In this document: one piece after another, positions 1 to 9,884 of the stretch
How positions within the stretch are numbered: position 1 is the first letter of the stretch
Layout: every line of letters begins with the position of its first letter
Virus record (IMG/VR): IMGVR_UViG_3300021963_000095
Origin: an uncultured virus (IMG/VR IMGVR_UViG_3300021963_000095)
Lineage: Duplodnaviria > Heunggongvirae > Uroviricota > Caudoviricetes
Strand: one strand, 5' to 3'
Length of the DNA: 64,000 nt
Made by a program: the position numbers and the translations under genes
Notes under the pieces: model-generated
Told to the model about the DNA's origin: nothing
What the model saw: only the letters and a program-made list of their open reading frames with translations
Database searches by the model: none

Positions 1-29
1 AATCTGCATCGCAGTTTATACATTGATAT

Positions 30-470
30 TCATGAATCTTTGACATGAATCACCTTTACTTTTCCTTTTTCCAAAAATTTAATTCCCGCATCATCTCTGT
101 AGGCACTTCTATAGAATACATTATTAATGCCAGACTGAAGAATAAGTTTAGCACAATCAACACATGGGGCGTGAGTGATAAACATATCAGCACCAAGACC
201 AGAATCATTAGACTTCGCCAATTTAGCAATTGCATTTTGTTCAGCATGTAGCACCTCAGGTTTTGTTTTCAAAACTTGACCACCATCTTCATGTTGTTCT
301 ATAACTTCTTCACAAACATTATCCCAACCTGATGGTGTTCCGTTGTATCCGATAGAAATAATTCTATCTTCTTTTACAATCACACATCCAACTTTTAATC
401 TTACTGCATGACTTAGTTTAGAATACTCATTAGCAACATTCAAATGAGCATGAATCATTTTATCTTTCAT
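30..470 (-). CDS. cd: dCMP deaminase
   Basis: HAEQNAI and PCVDC zinc motifs, GYNG motif of the dCMP deaminase family. Confidence 0.93.
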   Translation of the reverse strand: MKDKMIHAHLNVANEYSKLSHAVRLKVGCVIVKEDRIISIGYNGTPSGWDNVCEEVIEQHEDGGQVLKTKPEVLHAEQNAIAKLAKSNDSGLGADMFITHAPCVDCAKLILQSGINNVFYRSAYRDDAGIKFLEKGKVKVIHVKDS

Positions 471-703
471 TGCAATCTCTGTAACTTCAAATGTAACACA
501 AAATTTTCAACAATCAATTTAACTATCATTGTTGTTTTAATCATATCGTCACTCTGCTTCATCAACTCTATGACTTGTGATGCTATGATGTTATATGCTA
601 AGTTTTTATCTACATTTAAATTAGACCAATCTATTGGGTCTTCACTCTCAATTTCTTTTGCTAATTCAACAATAGTTTTCAAATTATAATAATCTAATGT
701 CAT
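467..703 (-). CDS. hypothetical protein
   Basis: 78-aa ORF packed in the operon with a 4-nt overlap into cd; no recognised motif. Confidence 0.6.
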   Translation of the reverse strand: MTLDYYNLKTIVELAKEIESEDPIDWSNLNVDKNLAYNIIASQVIELMKQSDDMIKTTMIVKLIVENFVLHLKLQRLQ

Positions 704-706
704 GGT

Positions 707-1615
707 TTACCTATCTACAATAACTACATTTTTATTGATTCTCTTTTTGTATGCGGCGAGAATACGAATGCCAGGATACTCTCTAATACTTTTTCTTGTT
801 TTATCATTACGAATTAAAAAATAAACATCTTTATCACCTTTAACATCTTTCATTTCTGTAATGATATTTGAACAATCAATTGTTAGTGTATCACCTTTCA
901 AATCAAAAGACCTTGATGTAAATGTTTTTGTAATTACACAACCATCAGGAGATAAGTCTGAACCAAAAACAACATCTTTTTTTTCTTTTGCTGTTGCTGT
1001 AACAGCGATGTTAGGTTCTAGTGTGAAATAACTTCCTTGATTTACTAATTTTGTTTTGTTCGCTTTAATTGCTTTATCAATAATATTTTTTGCATCTTTA
1101 CTAAAATATGAATCTGCTGATTCCCAAGTCTCTGCATCATCTTTTTTAATAGAAATTGGATATATCTTACCCTTTGAATCTGTTAATCTAATGTCTGCTT
1201 TTTTTCTATTTGATGTATCACCACCAACCTGTTCTGCTTTCTTACAAGCGAGGACTGTAAATGATTTATTACCACCTTTGAACACAACATTGATTGGTCC
1301 TTTTTTTGTATACTCATTAATTGTATCGACTACAATTGATTCATTACCAACTCCAGCAGAGGCACCACCTTGTTTACCTGCTGGTTTTGCTAATACAGCA
1401 ATAGGTCCTACAATAACACGACCAACTGAAGATTCGCCAGATGGTTTTGTATCATATCTAGAACCTTTAATTTTACTTTCAATATTCTCTAAAACTTTAA
1501 CTCTGTTCTCATCTGTAAGAACAGCAATTTTAGTAGCAGACATTTTCTTTAGATTTTTGTAACCTAAAGAAATTAAAAGATTGCTTACAATATCGTAATC
1601 GAATTTTAGTGCCAT
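707..1615 (-). CDS. putative PD-(D/E)XK-fold nuclease-like protein
   Basis: GNE...KKADI...PISIKK pattern resembles a restriction-endonuclease-fold active site; function is inferred. Confidence 0.45.
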   Translation of the reverse strand: MALKFDYDIVSNLLISLGYKNLKKMSATKIAVLTDENRVKVLENIESKIKGSRYDTKPSGESSVGRVIVGPIAVLAKPAGKQGGASAGVGNESIVVDTINEYTKKGPINVVFKGGNKSFTVLACKKAEQVGGDTSNRKKADIRLTDSKGKIYPISIKKDDAETWESADSYFSKDAKNIIDKAIKANKTKLVNQGSYFTLEPNIAVTATAKEKKDVVFGSDLSPDGCVITKTFTSRSFDLKGDTLTIDCSNIITEMKDVKGDKDVYFLIRNDKTRKSIREYPGIRILAAYKKRINKNVVIVDR

Positions 1616-1617
1616 TC

Positions 1618-2052
1618 TTAGTTACACCAAGATTGTTTTGCATCTCCAAAATATTCTCTAGCATAACCATTTGCAATCAAGGCACTTCTCAACGATTGAC
1701 CATTCAATAATATATCGCCAAGAACACGACCACCGAACTTGTCCCATGCATAGAGCGTAACTTGACGCTTAGTGGAATTTGCGACTGCGTTTTTTGTAAA
1801 TTCAGTAGCGGCTTTTCCTCTTGCATCTTCAGAAGGGCATTGAGCTCTAAATCCTTTTTCTGGTGTGTCAACTCCGTAGATTCTAACTGCAAGTTCAGGT
1901 TTAAGTGGCGCAGGTAAAAAGGGTGCCGCTATGACTACAGTATCGCCGTCATTAACACGGAGAATCTGTGCGTCATAGGTTGCACCTTGCGGAGTTTTTT
2001 GTGCGAATACTAATGTTGGAATTAAAAATAAAATTGCTAAAAATTTTTTCAT
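1618..2052 (-). CDS. thermonuclease (SNase-like) with signal peptide
   Basis: RVNDGDT, VRIYGVDTPE, DKFGGRVLG, LIANGYA motifs; N-terminal MKKFLAILFLIPTLVFAQ. Confidence 0.85.
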   Translation of the reverse strand: MKKFLAILFLIPTLVFAQKTPQGATYDAQILRVNDGDTVVIAAPFLPAPLKPELAVRIYGVDTPEKGFRAQCPSEDARGKAATEFTKNAVANSTKRQVTLYAWDKFGGRVLGDILLNGQSLRSALIANGYAREYFGDAKQSWCN

Positions 2053-3045
2053 TTATGCGGCCTTTCCCCAAACCTCATCCCAATTACCAGATAATGCGCC
2101 TTTAGAATAATCTGTCGAGCGATTTTCAAAGAAATTTGTATGTGTTGGTGCGTTAATCATTTCTTCTACCCAAGGTAAAGGATTCTTTTTTACTTTAAAT
2201 ACACCTTTTAATCCTAAAGATATTAATCTTCTATCTGCAATATAGCGAATATATTTTTTAACATCTTCAGAGGTCAGATTATTCATCTCACCCATCTCAA
2301 ATGCTAAGTCAATAAATTTATCTTCAAGTTCAACCATTCGCTCTGCTATGATATATAGTTGAGATTTGAGGTCATCATTCCAAATTTCTTTATTCTCTTC
2401 AATATATGTTCTGAACAATTTAATCATTGATTCGGCATGCATAGTTTCATCAACAATAGACCAAGTAACAATCTGCCCCATACCTTTCATCATACCGTGG
2501 CGTGGAAAATTCAATAACATAATAAATGAAGAGAACAACTGCATACCCTCTGTAAACGCTGAGAATACTGCAATATGTTTTGCTGTGTTTTGTTTTGTTC
2601 CGTTTTTATTTGAAATATCTTTTACATAATCATGTTTTTGTCTCATAGCATCATACTCTAAAAACTGATTATACATTGCCTCTGGTAAACCTAGAGTTTC
2701 AATCAAATGCGAATAGGCGGCAATATGTAATGCTTCTCTTGCGGCGAAACCTAAAAGCATCATGCGAACTTCTGGTTGTGAAAAATAAGGAAGATAATTC
2801 TTAACATACCCGCCAGCAACATCAATATCGCCCTGTGTGAAAAATCTAAAGATGTGTGTTAAAAATTGTTTTTGTTCTGGTGTTAATTTCTTCTTCCAAT
2901 CTTTTACATCTTCAAGCATAGGCACCTCACTATGTAACCAATGTGATTGTTCGTGCTTTAACCATGCATCATATGCCCACGGATAGTAGAACGGTTTAAA
3001 CGAATCTCGTTCTTGCATTAAGTTATGTTTTTCTTTACTGACCAA
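2053..3045 (-). CDS. nrdB: ribonucleotide reductase class I beta subunit
   Basis: EALHIAAY, EGMQLFSSF, DETMH di-metal ligands, NFFENRSTDY tail. Confidence 0.96.
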   Translation of the reverse strand: MVSKEKHNLMQERDSFKPFYYPWAYDAWLKHEQSHWLHSEVPMLEDVKDWKKKLTPEQKQFLTHIFRFFTQGDIDVAGGYVKNYLPYFSQPEVRMMLLGFAAREALHIAAYSHLIETLGLPEAMYNQFLEYDAMRQKHDYVKDISNKNGTKQNTAKHIAVFSAFTEGMQLFSSFIMLLNFPRHGMMKGMGQIVTWSIVDETMHAESMIKLFRTYIEENKEIWNDDLKSQLYIIAERMVELEDKFIDLAFEMGEMNNLTSEDVKKYIRYIADRRLISLGLKGVFKVKKNPLPWVEEMINAPTHTNFFENRSTDYSKGALSGNWDEVWGKAA

Positions 3046-3046
3046 T

Positions 3047-3559
3047 TTATTCTCCTAAAATTTCGAATTGTTGAGCCCAAGTCATTCGCATTGATTCACA
3101 CCATTTAGTCGGTTCTAATCCAACATGAGGAAGACTTGAATCTAATATTACTGCTTTGCAAACTTCTGGAATATAAGAATGCGTTTTGTTATCTTCAACC
3201 ACCAATAAATGACCTCCCCATATAGGGTTCCAAAAATCATTTATAAAAAGAATTAATGTAAGATTTTCTTTTGTGTTTGTTTCGTGTATGTCTGTATGCA
3301 TGACCCCACATTGTCCATGTGTTTGGCCATTAATTTTTAAACGAACAGTTTTAAGTTTTAAATTAGTTTCAATCTCAACCATATGTTTAATCATATCAGC
3401 ATACTCAGATTCATTTTCTAGAATTCGAACCCAAGACATATAATTAACATCTGGTGTTGATTTGTTTATTAATTTCCAATGATGTAACTTACAAAATTCG
3501 TTTAGTTCAAATCTTGTTTTTGCATCAATAAAATTCTCAATGACTAATGTTTTAAACAT
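3047..3559 (-). CDS. 2OG-Fe(II) oxygenase
   Basis: HTD...WGG...PH...R-x-T facial triad and 2OG-binding pattern. Confidence 0.8.
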   Translation of the reverse strand: MFKTLVIENFIDAKTRFELNEFCKLHHWKLINKSTPDVNYMSWVRILENESEYADMIKHMVEIETNLKLKTVRLKINGQTHGQCGVMHTDIHETNTKENLTLILFINDFWNPIWGGHLLVVEDNKTHSYIPEVCKAVILDSSLPHVGLEPTKWCESMRMTWAQQFEILGE

Positions 3560-3561
3560 AA

Positions 3562-4104
3562 TTAATCGTATAAATTAAACATCAAATGAATTCTTTCTTC
3601 AGAGCTAGCATTCATTACTTCATGTTGTCTGGTGTTGTCAAATTCATAAATGTTATTTGCTTCCCAATAATAAGGTTTACCTTCAATAATATAATACACA
3701 TCAGGATTTGTTTTTAGTGGTATATGAACACGATGACAAGTTTCTAGAAATTCACCACCATCAGAATGGCGACCAATTTGACCATGAGGAATCAATTTTG
3801 CTAAAAAGCACATGTAATTTTTAAAGTTATAGTATTTTTTTAATTCATCTTTTGCTTCATCAATCAAATCTTTATAAACATCATACATCTTAAAATTAAT
3901 AATATGTTTTTCCCAATCATCATGTTTTGCGTGTTCATAATCAGTAAAAAATCTGAAAATAATTGATTCAGTTTGTGTTAGATTACCCATTTGATTTCTG
4001 GCAGTATTTTCTAACCAATGTTCCGGTTTGATTCTTGATAAAAATTTATTTGTCAAGTCTGATGAAATTTTACCTACACATTTTTGTGGAACTTCTAATT
4101 TCAT
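3562..4104 (-). CDS. aspartyl/asparaginyl beta-hydroxylase-like oxygenase
   Basis: IGRHSD, RVHIPL, EFDNTRQHEVMN, RIHL motifs. Confidence 0.85.
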   Translation of the reverse strand: MKLEVPQKCVGKISSDLTNKFLSRIKPEHWLENTARNQMGNLTQTESIIFRFFTDYEHAKHDDWEKHIINFKMYDVYKDLIDEAKDELKKYYNFKNYMCFLAKLIPHGQIGRHSDGGEFLETCHRVHIPLKTNPDVYYIIEGKPYYWEANNIYEFDNTRQHEVMNASSEERIHLMFNLYD

Positions 4105-4138
4105 TTTAATTTATCCTTTTAATAATAAAATTTCTAAT

Positions 4139-4765
4139 TTAATGTGACGGACCTGAAAGGTTAAAATTATCTAAATCATAAAGATATAATACTTGCATGT
4201 GTTTTGGTAAATACATATCATGTTCTACTCTAAATTTTTCATGTATTTTTTTATTCACTTTATTTACTATACAAAAAGAATAAGGGAAAATAGAATGATT
4301 TTCTTCTTGTAACACATCGTAAGCCTGCTTCATCGACACGGATGAATTACAGAGGTCATCTAATATCAAACACGGTTTATCATTTGGCACACCTTCAATC
4401 CAATTGAGTAAACCATATTCTTTTCGCTGTTTGCGAATAGAGAATGCGTTAATGTCTAAACCAAATATACGACCCACCAAAGGTATGGTAGCCAGCATTG
4501 GTGTAGATGCTGTTTCTAAACCGCAAATCTGAAAATCAAAATGTCCCACTTCGTTTGCAATTTTATAAAGAAACATCTGTGCAATTGCAGAAGAAAATTC
4601 ATGATTAAACAAACCATTTCGTAAATAGAATATCCAAGAATACTTTGTGCCAGGTGCTTTACCTGGCATTCCATATTTTCTTATGATACACTTTTCGTTG
4701 ATGTAATTTTCTGTCCACTTATATAACTCTTCATACTCTTCATCACTAATCATATTATCCTTCAC
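4139..4765 (-). CDS. type I phosphoribosyltransferase (orotate PRT-like)
   Basis: IRKQRKEYG loop and PRPP-binding LILDDLCNSSVS. Confidence 0.75.
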   Translation of the reverse strand: MKDNMISDEEYEELYKWTENYINEKCIIRKYGMPGKAPGTKYSWIFYLRNGLFNHEFSSAIAQMFLYKIANEVGHFDFQICGLETASTPMLATIPLVGRIFGLDINAFSIRKQRKEYGLLNWIEGVPNDKPCLILDDLCNSSVSMKQAYDVLQEENHSIFPYSFCIVNKVNKKIHEKFRVEHDMYLPKHMQVLYLYDLDNFNLSGPSH

Positions 4766-6548
4766 ATGCTAGGCAAGTGTCTCCCTCTGCAATAGATTTT
4801 AAATCTAATTCTTTAATAACTTCTCTCTCAATTCGTTTTGATACTTTATCGGCCTTTGCTAACTTCTCACTACGGCAGTAGTATAGTGTTTTTAATCCTT
4901 GCTTCCAAGCAAGAAAATGAATCGCATGTAAATATTTTATGTGAGCATCTGGTCTAAAGAAGAGATTTAGCGACTGCGCTTGGTCAATGTAACTTTGTCT
5001 GTGAGCTGCATGCTCCACAATCCATCGCTGGTCAATTTCCATACTTGTTTTGTAAACATCTTTTGTCCACTCATCCAAAAATTCAAGGTGTTGGACACTT
5101 CCGTCATTGGCAATGATACTTGACCAGATTTCTTGGTAGTCGAGTTTTGAATCGGCATCACATTTCTCCTTGATAATTTTATCTAAATGTTTATTCTTAT
5201 TTAAGAAAGAACCACTTAATGTATCTTGTCTATACGCATTTGCTCTGAAAGGTTCAATGCTCGGACTTGTATTACCCATCAAAATTGAAGATGATGCGTT
5301 TGGTGCAATGGCCATCATATGTGAGAATCTTTGACCTGTTCCTTTTGCATCTGGTGCCTCACCTCTTTCTTTACCAAGATATATGTTTGCTTGGTCTAGA
5401 TACGCTCTTATGTGCTTAAACATTTTCATGTTTGCGCCAGTGGCCATTGCTGATTCCCAAGGAATGTTATTTTTTTGCAAGTAGGCATGAAAGCCCAACG
5501 CACCGATGCCGATACTTCTTTCTCGCATTGCTGAATATTTTGCTCTTTCAATGGGGGCAGGTGCATTATCAATAAAATGCTGAAGAACATTGTCAAGCAT
5601 TTCTGCAACATCACGAAGGAAAATATTATCGTTTTTCCAGTCATCATAATACTCCAAGTTTAATGATGATAAGCAACATACTGCGGTTCGTTCCTTATCA
5701 GTCGGTAGAATAATTTCACTACACAAATTAGATTGTTTGATTGATAGACCTAATTTCTTTTGAAACTCTGGCATCATTTTATTCGATGTGTCAATGAAAT
5801 GAATGTAAGGTTCGCCCGTCAACATTCTCGTTTCAAGAATTCGTTGCCACAACTCTCTCGCTGATACAGTTTCTCTTATAGTGCCATCATGTGGGTCTCT
5901 GAGATGCCAAGAATCATCTGCATCTTTATCCAACATACACTTTTCAATAATTTGCATGAAGTCATCTGTAATATTAATGCCATGATGTAGGTTCAAGCAA
6001 CGCATATTTTGGTCGCCTGTTGGTTTGCGAATCTCTAAAAAAAGCATAATATCAGGATGGGAAATATCAAGATAAGCGGCGTAAGAACCTCGGCGAGTCC
6101 TGCCTTGCCTGTAAGCGAGAGAAGAAGCGTCATAAGTGCGTAGATGAGGCATAACCCCAACACTTTTGTCATCAGCACTACGAATACCAATACCGATTCC
6201 AACACCGCCTCCTAACATTGATAGCCAATTTACTTCCGATAGAGTATCGACAAGACCTTCTGCACTATCTGAGAGATAAGGTAAGAAGCATGATATAGGA
6301 AGGCCACGCTTAGAACGCCCAAAAGAAAGAATGGGAGTAGAATAAGATAACCAATGTTTAGAAGAATACTCGTATAGTCTCTGTGAATGCTCTGCATTAG
6401 ACCCAAACGCTTTTGATACATACGCAAACCTTTCTTGAGGACTAGTCTCATCCTCTCTCATATAACTTTCTTTTAATCTCTTGATGCCTAGTTCATCAAA
6501 AAGTTTATCACGCCCCAAATCAATTCTTATGCCAAGATGTTCTTCCAT
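4755..6548 (-). CDS. nrdA: ribonucleotide reductase class I alpha subunit (short, no ATP cone apparent)
   Basis: SCF, SNLCSEI, APNASSS, KTLYY, C-terminal CLAC. Confidence 0.96.
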   Translation of the reverse strand: MEEHLGIRIDLGRDKLFDELGIKRLKESYMREDETSPQERFAYVSKAFGSNAEHSQRLYEYSSKHWLSYSTPILSFGRSKRGLPISCFLPYLSDSAEGLVDTLSEVNWLSMLGGGVGIGIGIRSADDKSVGVMPHLRTYDASSLAYRQGRTRRGSYAAYLDISHPDIMLFLEIRKPTGDQNMRCLNLHHGINITDDFMQIIEKCMLDKDADDSWHLRDPHDGTIRETVSARELWQRILETRMLTGEPYIHFIDTSNKMMPEFQKKLGLSIKQSNLCSEIILPTDKERTAVCCLSSLNLEYYDDWKNDNIFLRDVAEMLDNVLQHFIDNAPAPIERAKYSAMRERSIGIGALGFHAYLQKNNIPWESAMATGANMKMFKHIRAYLDQANIYLGKERGEAPDAKGTGQRFSHMMAIAPNASSSILMGNTSPSIEPFRANAYRQDTLSGSFLNKNKHLDKIIKEKCDADSKLDYQEIWSSIIANDGSVQHLEFLDEWTKDVYKTSMEIDQRWIVEHAAHRQSYIDQAQSLNLFFRPDAHIKYLHAIHFLAWKQGLKTLYYCRSEKLAKADKVSKRIEREVIKELDLKSIAEGDTCLACEG

Positions 6549-6599
6549 ATTATTTACCTAATTTTTTATTGTTGTTAAGACCAAAGACTAATTATATAA

Positions 6600-7202
6600 T
6601 TACTTTACAGATTCGTAAATATCTTTTTGAGTTTTATACCAGTCTTGCCACGCTTTGAGTTTTTCTCTCATTTCGTAACAGGTTCCGTAGTTTTCGATTG
6701 CGGTTTCGATGAGTTTATTGGTTTCAACATCGGAGGTTCCTCTAACAGTTCCGATGGTGCTTGGGGGAACTTGATTTTGGCTGGCAACATCATGGAGCAT
6801 GATGCCAACATTAGACAACTTACAGTTATCGCTACCATATTCACGAATCGCTTGAACATTTGCATTTGTTGTGTCCTTGATAATTTTTACTGTTTCTACA
6901 ATCTTTGTTTTAATTTTTTTGTTGGCATCATCTGCTTGTTGTTCCGCCACTTTGATTTTCGCATTTAATTCATCCATTGCTTTTTTGTGCTGTTGAATAA
7001 AACCTAATGCTCCTTCCAAGTAAATTCCAATGACAATGGCAATGATTGAGATTAGTCTCAAAATCATTGCATATGTTTTTATAAATGGGATGTGTGATGC
7101 AATAGTAGTGATTACAAACAAACCTGCACCAGCAAAAAGTGTTGCATGAATTACCCAAATTGGGACAAAACTAAGTGTCCATAAGACGGTTTCGATGAAC
7201 AA
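6600..7202 (-). CDS. putative inner-membrane spanin (Rz-like)
   Basis: N-terminal TM helices, periplasmic coiled coil, C-terminal NYGTC..LKAWQDW; contains an embedded lipoprotein ORF. Confidence 0.7.
   Translation of the reverse strand: MFIETVLWTLSFVPIWVIHATLFAGAGLFVITTIASHIPFIKTYAMILRLISIIAIVIGIYLEGALGFIQQHKKAMDELNAKIKVAEQQADDANKKIKTKIVETVKIIKDTTNANVQAIREYGSDNCKLSNVGIMLHDVASQNQVPPSTIGTVRGTSDVETNKLIETAIENYGTCYEMREKLKAWQDWYKTQKDIYESVK
6668..6859 (-). CDS. putative outer-membrane lipoprotein spanin (Rz1-like), embedded in the Rz-like gene
   Basis: Signal MFKRFVNMVAITVSCLM, lipobox LASC, Pro-rich mature part (FPQAPSELLEEPP); different frame inside 6600..7202; start codon uncertain. Confidence 0.7.
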   Translation of the reverse strand: MFKRFVNMVAITVSCLMLASCSMMLPAKIKFPQAPSELLEEPPMLKPINSSKPQSKTTEPVTK

Positions 7203-7250
7203 TTTTCACTCCATTATTGCTTGTGTTTGATATGTATAAATTCTGTTTTT

Positions 7251-7931
7251 TCAAGAATTCGACTTTTGTTCCCAATTGAAATTCTGAATCAAAGGGAAAA
7301 TTTTAGCAATAGCAAATGCACACTCATTAGCGATTTGTCTATGCTCTTTCTGTGTAGAGATGTGAGTTCGGGTTTCAATAAAATGAACCCATGAACGGAT
7401 AGTTCCATTCATATATATGCGAGATTGGATTAGTCCTTCAGGTAAAACTGCTCTCGCTTGCTCTTTTGCAATACCATTTTCAATCGCCCACTCATATTCT
7501 CTCTTGGCCGCATAAATTACTCTTTGTTGCGCTCGTTCCCATTCGATTTGAAGCATCTTATCTTCAGTCTCAATACTATTTTGTCTATTTTTTTCGTCTT
7601 GAAGTCTTGCTTCACGAACAACAAAATTTAAATCTTTTGTGGGGTCAGCATAACGCTGTGAAAATTCTTGAAAAGAGAAAGAACGATGGCGTAGAATTTG
7701 TCTTGCAATATCTCTTGTAGTATCAATCTCTAAACATGCACTAACCATTTCAAATGGTGACCAATGTTTCCACTTAATAAGATAACCTATTAACTTGTCT
7801 GCACTCTCTGTATTTAATTGATTGCTTGGATTTGATACTCTAGCACAATAAGCAACTAAGTCTTGTGCGTCTTCAATCTTTTCGTTAAAGTCTGGTGCTG
7901 GTTGTGTATAACTAATTAACTTTACGCTCAT
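7251..7931 (-). CDS. thyX: flavin-dependent thymidylate synthase
   Basis: RHRSFSFQEFSQRY ThyX motif, HWSPFE. Confidence 0.96.
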   Translation of the reverse strand: MSVKLISYTQPAPDFNEKIEDAQDLVAYCARVSNPSNQLNTESADKLIGYLIKWKHWSPFEMVSACLEIDTTRDIARQILRHRSFSFQEFSQRYADPTKDLNFVVREARLQDEKNRQNSIETEDKMLQIEWERAQQRVIYAAKREYEWAIENGIAKEQARAVLPEGLIQSRIYMNGTIRSWVHFIETRTHISTQKEHRQIANECAFAIAKIFPLIQNFNWEQKSNS

Positions 7932-8367
7932 TTAAAAACCTTTCATATAGTTCAATTACATTTTTTATTTCATCCTGCATCTCTACAGGGAATCTATTTT
8001 TTTGCTCAAGAATATTAATATAATCCATTTGTGCAAGTTTATATCTCAACTCTTCATCTGGCCAAGAGTATTCTAACAACATCTCCGCTCTATTAGGTAA
8101 ATTACAAAACTGAAATATAAGATTTTCGATATGCTCACCAACATATTGTTTTATTGTTTCTCTACTTTCTAAACTGTCAATTTTAAATGAAGCAGTTCCA
8201 TATATTGAGTGAAGTAATAAAGCAACACAAATATCATCAGAATAACCTTTTCTCATTGCTAACTTCCAACATCCAAACAAATGGTCAAAGAGACTGCCCT
8301 CAGAGTGTCTAATACTCTTTGTTAATTCTCTACAAATATCCATTAGTTCGTAGATGTTCTTTGTCAT
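7912..8367 (-). CDS. HD-like domain protein (DUF6817-like)
   Basis: HS...LFDHL and LLHSIYGT pattern. Confidence 0.55.
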   Translation of the reverse strand: MTKNIYELMDICRELTKSIRHSEGSLFDHLFGCWKLAMRKGYSDDICVALLLHSIYGTASFKIDSLESRETIKQYVGEHIENLIFQFCNLPNRAEMLLEYSWPDEELRYKLAQMDYINILEQKNRFPVEMQDEIKNVIELYERFLNERKVN

Positions 8368-9359
8368 TTTTTCCAGCTTGAGATTTTCATTTTTGCTTCT
8401 AAATTTTTATAGGAGTTTTCAAGAATTAGACTTGCAACTTGTTGTTTTGTTTTGCCGTTAAGAATCATATCATTAATATCTTTTTGTTCAACTGTTTCTG
8501 GCCAAATACATATTGCATAACCTTCGTCTATAACTTTCTCCATGCTACGAACAATTTCTTTATTGCGTGGTTCATTGTCATAAACAAAAATATAATCAGC
8601 ATTGACACTAGGTGACATATCTGCACCCGCCATTGCTATTGAATTATTTAGAAACATTGAATCAATCGGTCCTTCAACAACAAATACAGTTTTAGTAAAA
8701 TCCACGGTGTCTAAACCATAAACCTTATCTCTTGTTGTATCAAGTTTAAGTGTGATATATTTAGGCATCTCGTTACCGAATGCTCTACCTTGAAACGCAA
8801 AGATTTGACCCTCATCATCATAAAAAGGAATAATCAATCGAGGATGTTCTTCCTTGATTTCTGGAAACTTATTTGGAATCTGTGTGTTACACCAAGAAAA
8901 GAATTTTGGTGCAAAGAAGAGTTTGGCGTGATACTCTTCAGGAATCTGCCTATTGACCACATATTGTTTGGCGGGATGGTCATCTTTAAGTGCGGCAATA
9001 CTCTTTAGACCTGCGAAAGTCTTCTTTGGTTCATACTTCGGTATATCGAATACCGGTTCATCATGCATTGTTCTCTTCGTTTCTCCGTTGGTGAAACGCT
9101 CCATGATGTATTGTTTATACTTCTCTGTATCTAGATATTTTAAAAGCGCCCCAAATGATGTTCCTTTGCCACAGTTATGGCATTTAAAAAGCATGGTACC
9201 TTTTACTTTGTAAACATAACCTCTTGCTTTATTTTTACTTTTGGAACTATCTCCGCAATATGGGCAACGGAAATTAAATAGATATGAACCTTTCTTCGCA
9301 AACTTCTGTAAGCGAAAAGAGATTTCATTTAGGTATTTGATATCAACATATAAACTCAT
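8364..9359 (-). CDS. 61: DNA primase (T4 gp61-like)
   Basis: CPYCGDS...CHNC zinc finger, VEGPIDS TOPRIM, DNEPRN, KDINDM. Confidence 0.95.
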   Translation of the reverse strand: MSLYVDIKYLNEISFRLQKFAKKGSYLFNFRCPYCGDSSKSKNKARGYVYKVKGTMLFKCHNCGKGTSFGALLKYLDTEKYKQYIMERFTNGETKRTMHDEPVFDIPKYEPKKTFAGLKSIAALKDDHPAKQYVVNRQIPEEYHAKLFFAPKFFSWCNTQIPNKFPEIKEEHPRLIIPFYDDEGQIFAFQGRAFGNEMPKYITLKLDTTRDKVYGLDTVDFTKTVFVVEGPIDSMFLNNSIAMAGADMSPSVNADYIFVYDNEPRNKEIVRSMEKVIDEGYAICIWPETVEQKDINDMILNGKTKQQVASLILENSYKNLEAKMKISSWKK

Positions 9360-9387
9360 AGCATATCCATTGTATAGAGATTACACA

Positions 9388-9416
9388 ACTATACAATAGA
9401 CTTAATTAAATGTCAA
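9388..9416 (-). promoter_or_regulatory. sigma70-type promoter for primase
   Basis: TTGACA-17-TATAGT on the minus strand in the intergenic gap. Confidence 0.75.
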
Positions 9417-9419
9417 GAG

Positions 9420-9884
9420 TTAACCACCGAGAATTTTGGTTAGTGTTGAGAAGTTACTGAAGATAAAAGCAATGCCTGCGGCAAGTCCAACGACTTTCCA
9501 CTTCCAATTTTCTAAATCACCAATACGAGAAAGCATGGCATTATGTTGTGCTTCCTGGTCATGACGCATCTCTTTTAATTCTTTTAGAATATCTTTTTCT
9601 ATCTTTTCGTTTTCCATCTCTAACTCTTTTTTAACTTGACTAATTTTGACATGTAGATTTTCATATCTATCCATTGTCTCTTTTCTTCGGTCTTCGATGG
9701 CATCAAAAAGTTCTTTGTGAATTGCATCACCTTGTGCCAATCTTGCTTCATGAACAGCAAGCATTTGTCTTACACCTAAAGCAACATCACTCATTTTCTC
9801 AATAGCGGTATCCAACTTGCCCATAATATTATTTACTTGAGCAATATCTTTCTTCAGTAATTCAACTTCAGTCTCTATTGACAT
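9420..9884 (-). CDS. coiled-coil protein with C-terminal TM helix (holin/XhlA-like candidate)
   Basis: Long heptad region followed by LENWKWKVVGLAAGIAFIF. Confidence 0.55.
   Translation of the reverse strand: MSIETEVELLKKDIAQVNNIMGKLDTAIEKMSDVALGVRQMLAVHEARLAQGDAIHKELFDAIEDRRKETMDRYENLHVKISQVKKELEMENEKIEKDILKELKEMRHDQEAQHNAMLSRIGDLENWKWKVVGLAAGIAFIFSNFSTLTKILGG

Noticed and set aside
7231..7238. TATACATA as a late promoter for the spanin genes
   Set aside because: One mismatch in an AT-rich gap; plausible but too weak to call.
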